From an uncultured virus (IMG/VR IMGVR_UViG_3300035659_000006) (Duplodnaviria; Heunggongvirae; Uroviricota; Caudoviricetes): 20,000 bases of DNA. The stretch lies in IMG/VR virus record IMGVR_UViG_3300035659_000006. One strand, written 5' to 3'. The translations under genes were made by a program, and so were the position numbers. Below are positions 15,919-20,000 of this stretch, in pieces. Below the pieces are notes generated by a model. The model was given only the letters and a program-made list of their open reading frames with translations, was not told the origin of the DNA and ran no database searches. Numbering within the stretch: the first letter of the stretch is position 1; every line of letters begins with the position of its first letter.

Positions 15919-16425
15919 CTAAGACTGTGGTGGCAACGTGCCTACATAGGCGAGGAGGGAGTCAACGATCTTGGGCGGCAGGCCGAGAGCAAGAAGCTGC
16001 TGCTTCAGAACGACGTTGACGTTCACGTTGAAAGCCGGCTGCTCCACCCGGAGCCCGAAGCCGGAGGCCAGTCTCATCATCTGGTCCATCGCCTTGTTGG
16101 CGATCTGGAGGTAGGGGGATTCAACGAGGTTCTGGGACTTCGTTTTGATGACCGGGCCGTACTCGGCCACCTTCTGTAGCGCGTGGCGCCAGGTCGACCA
16201 GGCTTCGCAATAGAGGATGAGAGCGTTGGTGTCGATCTCGGTTACGCCCGCGTCATGGAGTCGCTTGCCGGTCCGTTCCCATTCACTCTTCGCCTCTGGT
16301 GTCAGCCAGTCGGGGACGGGCGGAAGCGTCAGATCGCCCTCAGCGGCAGCGGGTGGGACTATCTCTTCGACACCAGCGGCCTTCTTGGGGACGGGAAGCG
16401 TCGGTTTGGGCTTGCGGCCTTTCAA
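15919..16425 (-). CDS. terS: Terminase small subunit, P27 family
   Basis: GRKPKPT, P..PDWL..EAK.EW.R, D...L..YCEAW, G.VIKT....SPY..IA......M..LA..FGL. Confidence 0.88.
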   Translation of the reverse strand: MKGRKPKPTLPVPKKAAGVEEIVPPAAAEGDLTLPPVPDWLTPEAKSEWERTGKRLHDAGVTEIDTNALILYCEAWSTWRHALQKVAEYGPVIKTKSQNLVESPYLQIANKAMDQMMRLASGFGLRVEQPAFNVNVNVVLKQQLLALGLPPKIVDSLLAYVGTLPPQS

Positions 16426-17234
16426 GGGATAGTCCCCTTTGTTTGGAGCGCCGGGGTCGGAGTTGCACCGCCCTCTTCCGCCTGGATAGCGGACGTGTCG
16501 CTGGTTTCACTTCCGACGCTCATGGACTCCTCGACCATGTCCAACAAGAGCATCATCGCCGTTGCGCCGTTGCGGACGTCGCGCTCTGCCATCTTCTCGG
16601 CTAGGGCGTTCAGGAGCCGGTCATGCTCGGCCCACCGCGCCAGGATAGTCGGAGTCTTGATGTCGGCCTGGACCTTGTCGAGCATGGAGAGCAGCCGCTC
16701 CACCTCCTCCGGCAGAAACGCAAACGAGATCACATGGTAGTCCAGGGGAATGTCAGTTAGGGCCTGGGGCTCGATAGAAGCCAGTTGCAAAAGGATCCCG
16801 TCGTCGAGACCCGAGTATTCCTTGAGGACCACATCGTCGATCTCGTTGAACAGCTCCCGCAGGATAACCGAGTCGTCTTCTCCCACGATGGCGTTGTGCG
16901 ACAACTGCTTCGCCACCTCTTCGCCCCTGGTCATGTCATCGGTGATGACCAGCACGGCGAGGCGCTGGATGCCAGCCTGCTTAGCTGCCATGACGCGGTG
17001 ATTCCCTGAGATCACCCGGAGCTTGCCATCGGGGAGTAGCCGGCAGAGTGGGACGCTTTCGACCCGGCCATCGTGCTTGAGGTTGTCCACCAGGGCACCG
17101 AAGGTGGCGGCGGACATCATGCGGGCGTTCTTCTCAAGAAGTTGCAGCTCGTCTATGCTGGCGTATCTGAGGGTCAGGCCATCAGGGAGACGCAGACTCA
17201 GTTCGTCGATGTCCCGTGGTTTTGCAGCCACCAC
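16422..17234 (-). CDS. ParB/Srx N-terminal domain protein
   Basis: KNARMM..ATF..LVDNLK.DG....P...VISGNHRVMAA, QLSHNAIVGEDD; AGGAGG SD. Confidence 0.85.
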   Translation of the reverse strand: MVAAKPRDIDELSLRLPDGLTLRYASIDELQLLEKNARMMSAATFGALVDNLKHDGRVESVPLCRLLPDGKLRVISGNHRVMAAKQAGIQRLAVLVITDDMTRGEEVAKQLSHNAIVGEDDSVILRELFNEIDDVVLKEYSGLDDGILLQLASIEPQALTDIPLDYHVISFAFLPEEVERLLSMLDKVQADIKTPTILARWAEHDRLLNALAEKMAERDVRNGATAMMLLLDMVEESMSVGSETSDTSAIQAEEGGATPTPALQTKGTIP

Positions 17235-18508
17235 TCTAGTCCCTCCTGGAGCGTCCAGCGCCCAAGCTCGCCGACATAGTTTAGATGCCCCTCCTTGCGA
17301 GAGTGGAGTTTGTAGATACCCCGATACTTCATACTAACAGGCTTGTCCGTGAAAGCCGTAGTCCCGATGGTCTTCGCCCTGGCAACCATCCCACCATCCG
17401 ATAGCGAGAGCCTAAGCTCCCGGGACAGACTCGCGGCCAGCACGAGCTTGCCCAGGCGTCGATAGCGATGGTGGGGCACGGACACGTCGCACATCATGTA
17501 GAGATCCCCAAGCTTCATTATTGAACGGGAAAAGGACAGGAGCCCGACGAGGTAGTCGTCCAGCATGACGGCGAACATGAATTGTGGCTGGCCGGGTATG
17601 ATGTTCTTGCCGAGAAGGCAGTCGCGAAGCCAGCGGAAGGCGGGCGCGTCCAGCTTCATCAGGCGGAGTTTGCAGGAGGGAGAGATCTCGGCCTGCGGGG
17701 GCAGCCTCTTCAGGTGGGGGTCGCGGGTGATCTCCCTTCTTTTGGCCAGGCGGGTGTGGGCGAGGCCCCCGTAGCAGTAGACGGGACGCTTTCGCAGAGA
17801 TGGCACGGCGATGCCGACGAGGTGGTCCCGGAGATCCTCGATGAGGTGGTCGTTGAATAGGAGCCAGTAGCGCCGGCTGGTGAGAATCCCTATGAGCTGG
17901 GCCATGCTTGAGTCGTCGAACATGCGATAGGAGGGCCGCTCTTGCCAGTCGAAGACCTTGTCCATGTTCTTGTAAAGCCGCTCGTATCCGCCCTTGTAGG
18001 TTGGCGGGGCAGTCATGATTCCAGCGTCGGCGGGAGCCGCGGAGAGGTGATCGATCACGTCGCCGGCGTAGTAGGAGGCGACTTTCACGGCACCGAGGGC
18101 CTTCTCCGCCTTTGCCTTTGTCCCCTCGTGCATCTCGCGGAAATGGTCGCGGTATGCCCCCACGTAGCGCAGCCAGTATTCGGAGTCCTTGCCGTAGCCT
18201 TGCAGCATCGAGGTGCAGAGCAAAAGGGTGGCCACGGTGTCGAGCGGTGCCTTTAGGTAGGGTTCCAGCCAAGCGTACTCCTGGTCCTTGATGGCAAGGG
18301 CCAGGGCATCCCCCGTTAGGTAGGCCCCGATAGCGGAGCTGTAGAGGCTGACATCGTTGGAGTGGCACTTGACGGGGACGGATGAGAGGGCGCGTTCGAG
18401 GCCGAAGTTGCCGGAGCAGCCCACATAGACGTCGGAGACCGACCAGTCTCGGACCGCCTCCAGGGCCATCGACTTGAGAGGAAGGGGCAGACCACCGATG
18501 AAGGGCAT
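17198..18508 (-). CDS. Putative DNA modification enzyme: adenine methyltransferase-like domain fused to a GNAT/Mom-like domain
   Basis: VYVGCSGNF (motif I-like), HSNDVSLYS, APPTY (DPPY-like); C-terminal VGLLSF...RLGKLV...TTAFT..PVSMKYRG. Confidence 0.65.
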   Translation of the reverse strand: MPFIGGLPLPLKSMALEAVRDWSVSDVYVGCSGNFGLERALSSVPVKCHSNDVSLYSSAIGAYLTGDALALAIKDQEYAWLEPYLKAPLDTVATLLLCTSMLQGYGKDSEYWLRYVGAYRDHFREMHEGTKAKAEKALGAVKVASYYAGDVIDHLSAAPADAGIMTAPPTYKGGYERLYKNMDKVFDWQERPSYRMFDDSSMAQLIGILTSRRYWLLFNDHLIEDLRDHLVGIAVPSLRKRPVYCYGGLAHTRLAKRREITRDPHLKRLPPQAEISPSCKLRLMKLDAPAFRWLRDCLLGKNIIPGQPQFMFAVMLDDYLVGLLSFSRSIMKLGDLYMMCDVSVPHHRYRRLGKLVLAASLSRELRLSLSDGGMVARAKTIGTTAFTDKPVSMKYRGIYKLHSRKEGHLNYVGELGRWTLQEGLEWWLQNHGTSTN

Positions 18509-18525
18509 TTCAGCGGGGATTATAG

Positions 18526-18867
18526 CTATGCCGGCAGGCAGCTCAGAGCTAGCTCCGGCACCGATATGCCGAGCTCACGCTCAAGCCATTCCGCCACGAC
18601 GCGGCGGTGGCAGAACTCCCCGGGCTTCTCCCAGCAGAGAAGGATGGCATCCTCGCCGAGGGCCTCTACCGTGGCCCTAGCGTCCAGCCGCTCCAGTTGG
18701 GTCATGAACGTCTTGCGGAAGACCGCCTCGTCGGGCTCTTTCACCAGCGCCCAGGTCGCCGGTGCTAGGGGCATATACCTGCGGCCCTTGAACCCTTTCG
18801 GCACCCCCCTGCTGATGGCGACAGCGTTGGGGTCCGTTCCTGAGAGTTTGAAGTTTGAGGTCTGCAT
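18526..18867 (-). CDS. DUF488-family protein (true start probably ATG 18867, not 19140)
   Basis: MQTSNF, AVAISRG.P, LAP..W, AILLCWEKPGEFCHRRVVAEWL; TGATG coupling with parB; GGAGG SD. Confidence 0.85.
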   Translation of the reverse strand: MQTSNFKLSGTDPNAVAISRGVPKGFKGRRYMPLAPATWALVKEPDEAVFRKTFMTQLERLDARATVEALGEDAILLCWEKPGEFCHRRVVAEWLERELGISVPELALSCLPA

Positions 18868-20000
18868 CAGACCGTCCTCCCTGCAAGCGTCCGGCCATTG
18901 TGAGCTGCGAGCGCCCGGCGCATCCCCGTGAGACTCTTGATCAGGGTGTCGAGATAGGACATGGCCGTTTCCATCTCTGGTGCCAGGGCTTCGGCTATCT
19001 GGCCCGTCTCGACACCTGCCAATTCCTGCGCCGCCTTTGCCGCCAGGACTAGCGCCCGATGGTAGGCCGCGACCGCCTGTCGGGCCCCTTCGGAGAGTTT
19101 GGTCTCGGGCATCATGTCGGCCTGGTTTTCCTCCATCCATAGCTGGTCGCAGATGCCCCTAACCCCGTCGTCGCCCAGGCCCTTCTCCTGCCAGATCCGT
19201 AGCACCCGTGCCTGGCTGTTCAGGCTCAGCTTCGCCATATAGTAGGCGATCCCCGGCTTCATCTGGCCACGACCGATTAGGTACTGGACATCCTCGCGGA
19301 GGTTCAGCAGGGCTACTCTCCACGTTATCTGGCTGGCCGGCAAGCCCACCAGCGCCCCGACCTCCTGGAGGGACATCGGCCGCGCCAGGAGCTTGGCGAG
19401 CATCCTTGCCTCTTCCATCGGGTTGAGGTCTTCCCTGACCGCGTTCTCCAGAACCGCCAGCTCATAGGCCTCGTCGTCGGTGAGCTCGCGAACGAGAGCG
19501 GGGATGGTTTCCCAGCCGGCCAGTTGCGCGGCCCGGAAGCGCCGCTCGCCGGCCACGATGCAATAAGCAGCGCTAATGAATTCGGAGGCCGTTGCGTCGT
19601 TTGTCTGGCAGACCAAGGAGGCGGGCGCGATGCCTGATAGCCGTGATCGTTCGGCTGAGCAGGGATGAGATATGACCTTCGGAGAGAATGCCCCAGTTGG
19701 CTTCGATGAAACGGTCCTCCGAGGGCTCCCATCTATATCTGGCGTCTGGAGGAACGACCGCGAGCGCTCGCAGGGCCGCTTCTCTCTTGACATGCAGATA
19801 GGGCAACAGAGTCGAGAGTAGAAAGCGAACTCGTCGAGCCCGGTTGACGTTCCAATGCCACTGATTGTGCTCCTCTCCCCGCTTGCTCCAGTGCTTCCGC
19901 TGGCAATTGACTCGCCCGAAGCCCCAACTGGATTGCAGCCATAAGCAGAGCGACTCACCGTCGTTGACTTCGCCCTGCGAGATGGAACAGAGATATCGGT
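18867..20000 (-). CDS. parB: ParB/RepB/Spo0J-family protein, 5'-partial, with a long insertion that overlaps a homing endonuclease gene
   Basis: YCIVAGERRFRAAQLAG...IPA.VR...A.LEN..REDLNPMEEA plus HTH from 19565 downward; the same frame has no stop from 20000 to 19566. Confidence 0.8.
   Translation of the reverse strand, partial: TDISVPSRRAKSTTVSRSAYGCNPVGASGESIASGSTGASGERSTISGIGTSTGLDEFAFYSRLCCPICMSREKRPCERSRSFLQTPDIDGSPRRTVSSKPTGAFSPKVISHPCSAERSRLSGIAPASLVCQTNDATASEFISAAYCIVAGERRFRAAQLAGWETIPALVRELTDDEAYELAVLENAVREDLNPMEEARMLAKLLARPMSLQEVGALVGLPASQITWRVALLNLREDVQYLIGRGQMKPGIAYYMAKLSLNSQARVLRIWQEKGLGDDGVRGICDQLWMEENQADMMPETKLSEGARQAVAAYHRALVLAAKAAQELAGVETGQIAEALAPEMETAMSYLDTLIKSLTGMRRALAAHNGRTLAGRTV
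19573..19998 (-). mobile_element. LAGLIDADG homing endonuclease (5'-partial) with a C-terminal Myb/HTH-like domain, nested out of frame inside parB
   Basis: Hand translation from the edge: RYLCSISQGEVNDGESLCLWLQSSWGFGRVNCQRKHWSKRGEEHNQWHWNVNRARRVRFLLSTLLPYLHVKREAA...RWEPSEDRFIEANW...LSRTITAIRHRARLLGL; the namesake motif itself would lie beyond the edge. Confidence 0.82.

Noticed and set aside
5913..18508. MPF starts also at 5921 and 18508
   Set aside because: Similarity ends after three codons; likely chance or N-terminal bias
18868..19140. N-terminal extension of the DUF488 ORF given by the track
   Set aside because: Overlaps parB; SD and TGATG coupling support 18867
19566..20000. Group I intron or intein explanation for the parB insertion
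   Set aside because: TCAACGACGG and AGATATAGAT only loosely resemble R/S elements and do not pair as P7; no intein terminal residues. Not supported by eye, but not excluded without a covariance-model scan
1..20000. tRNA, rRNA, integrase or att sites
   Set aside because: None recognisable by eye

Overview
A GC-rich tailed-phage or prophage DNA-packaging and head module, almost entirely on the minus strand. In transcription order (high to low coordinate) it opens with a ParB/Spo0J-like gene carrying a LAGLIDADG homing endonuclease nested in another frame, a DUF488-like gene, a methyltransferase-like/GNAT-like fusion, a second ParB/Srx-domain gene, a P27-type terminase small subunit and a second TerS-like HTH gene. 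Next come small ORFs (one an antisense, apparently leaderless zinc-finger gene with GTTAC boxes), a terminase large subunit with a 354-aa LAGLIDADG intein, a YkgJ-like Cys-cluster gene, a Cys-rich HTH gene, portal and zinc-ribbon ORFs. These are followed by a free-standing LAGLIDADG gene, a MuF-like minor head protein, an S-adenosylmethionine decarboxylase, another LAGLIDADG gene and an RNA polymerase alpha-CTD-like gene. The head genes close the window: an XkdF-like protease apparently split from its last strands, scaffold, major capsid protein with an Ig/FN3-like insertion, decoration-like proteins and a partial membrane protein. Frequent TAG stops and the Cys-HTH family hint weakly at a Chloroflexota-like host (inference). 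All family calls come from motif recognition by eye, not from database searches.
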